Of a stretch of 64,000 nt of DNA, positions 62,747 through 64,000 are shown piece by piece. How positions within the stretch are numbered: the first letter of the stretch is position 1; each line of letters opens with the position of its first letter. This DNA is from Pseudogymnoascus verrucosus (taxonomy: Eukaryota), in NCBI GenBank assembly GCA_001662655.1, contig KV460218.1; one strand, given 5' to 3'. Both the position numbers and the translations under genes were made by a program. The notes below the pieces were generated by a model. The model ran no database searches. It saw only the letters and a list, made by a program, of their open reading frames with translations, and was not told the origin of the DNA.

Positions 62747-64000
62747 ATGGAATCAATCACCGCCACCATGCCTATCGAACGTGAGTTCTCACCCGCGCAT
62801 TCCCATCCATCACCACCATGCCTCCACGCGACTCCCCCGTCCACCCCCTTCAACCACCACCCCCCTCGCCTTGCCCATCTTCTAACCACCAGTAACTAAC
62901 CACCCCTTCCCTCGCAGAACCCCAGATCAAATACGAATCCCCCTACAGCGCCGACCCTCCCCCGTACGACCCACACCAGCACTCCCCCCTCAAACGCCGC
63001 TTCTCCCCCTCAACACCCCACGCCCCAGCCTCAGATGAAAAGCGCCAGCGCATTGAGGTTTCTCCCCCGGCGCTGGGTGGGGATGACATGGATTTCGCGG
63101 CTATGATCGCTGCTGCCGCTGCTACGGCTTCGGAAGAGGCTGGGCCCGCGCCGCCGCAACAGCAACACCAGATGCAGCAGCACCAGCAACATAGTTTTGC
63201 GCCGCAGGAACCGTTGCCGTCAGTGGAAGGGTACCAGGCAGGGCAGGAGTTTGGGGGAAGCAGGGAGGCGGCGGCGGAGATCAGTAATGGGTTTTCAGCG
63301 GATCCGCATCTGTATATGCGAATCTTGAGTTTACCTATCCTGGAGAGCTTGTCTACGCAGATCCTCTCCACGCTGGCGCAGGGCCCGTACTCGGAGACGA
63401 TCAAGATCGTGACGCAGCCCGAGTCGGAGCTGGGACAGGCGTACGCGACGCTGAAATCGCTGTTTGACCAGACCAAGAAGATTTACTCGCAGCAGAAACC
63501 GTTCCTCTCGGCTGATGAGCTGAATATCCGCGAGCCGGAGCACCGCGGGACGATACGGACGACGAATCTGGCGACGTTTGTGTCGTCGGTGGTGGGGGGG
63601 CAGGATGTGGGGTTCTATGAGTTGAATGATCATTTTATTGAGACGTTTGTGGCGGATGGGGCGGAGTTGCAGACGGAGCCGGGACTGTTGTATTTGAATC
63701 TTAAGACGCAGATGTATCTCTCTGCGGTGTCGCAGGAGGAGCAGGAGAGGACGAAGGATGAGGTCTTGGATGATCTGTTTCCTGTTAGTCTTGGGGATAC
63801 GCTGAGGGCGAGGCATCCGGGGTCAGATCTTACGCAGAGTGAGATTGAATTTGTTAAGGAGGCGAATGCGAGGAGGGAGTATCTACAGAATGATTCTGGT
63901 GATCCGGATTCTATATGTAAGTCAACCCTCACCACCGCACGAAGCACTTTCTAATTTTATAGCTATCCTCTCGGAACAATACGCCTGGGAGGATTTCCTC
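62747..64000 (+). CDS. TBF1: Telomere-repeat-binding factor (Tbf1/TRF-domain) protein, 5' part, continues beyond the window
   Basis: Exon 1 62747-62780, exon 2 from 62918 in frame with ORF 63088, next intron near 63918-63962. MRILSLPILESLSTQIL, GQAYATLKSLFDQTKKIY, IRTTNLATF, VGFYELNDHF, LYLNLKTQ match the fungal TRF domain; Myb domain not visible. Confidence 0.8.

Overview
Eukaryotic DNA from a filamentous ascomycete: short GT-AG introns with CTRAC/CTAAY branch points and Zn2Cys6 factors. The style suggests a Leotiomycete such as Pseudogymnoascus, but that is inference only. There are about 22 protein-coding genes. In order: a low-complexity intergenic start, a kinesin-4-like motor, then a catabolic/transport block (FMO-like oxidoreductase, secreted aldose 1-epimerase, two Zn2Cys6 factors, two MFS transporters, arylsulfotransferase, NAD(P) transhydrogenase, GH2, DJ-1/PfpI). 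Next come MRE11 head-to-head with mitochondrial RSM19 (missed by the ORF track), an NTF2-like protein, a low-complexity basic protein, two intronless orphan genes, a conserved hypothetical, a degenerate histidine phosphatase, aldehyde dehydrogenase and the 5' part of a Tbf1/TRF-like gene. No RNA genes, CRISPR arrays or intact transposons were recognised. Three signals stand out. (1) The orphan pair at 50.1-53.8 kb looks unrelated but shares a duplicated upstream region and a cryptic C-terminal GKCxxC-plus-helical domain behind entirely different repeat-built N-termini. (2) Six RTCACGTG sites form a phased array at 23-24 bp spacing upstream of the Tbf1-like gene. (3) C-rich and G-rich blocks alternate within long coding exons. 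All alignments and counts were done by eye.
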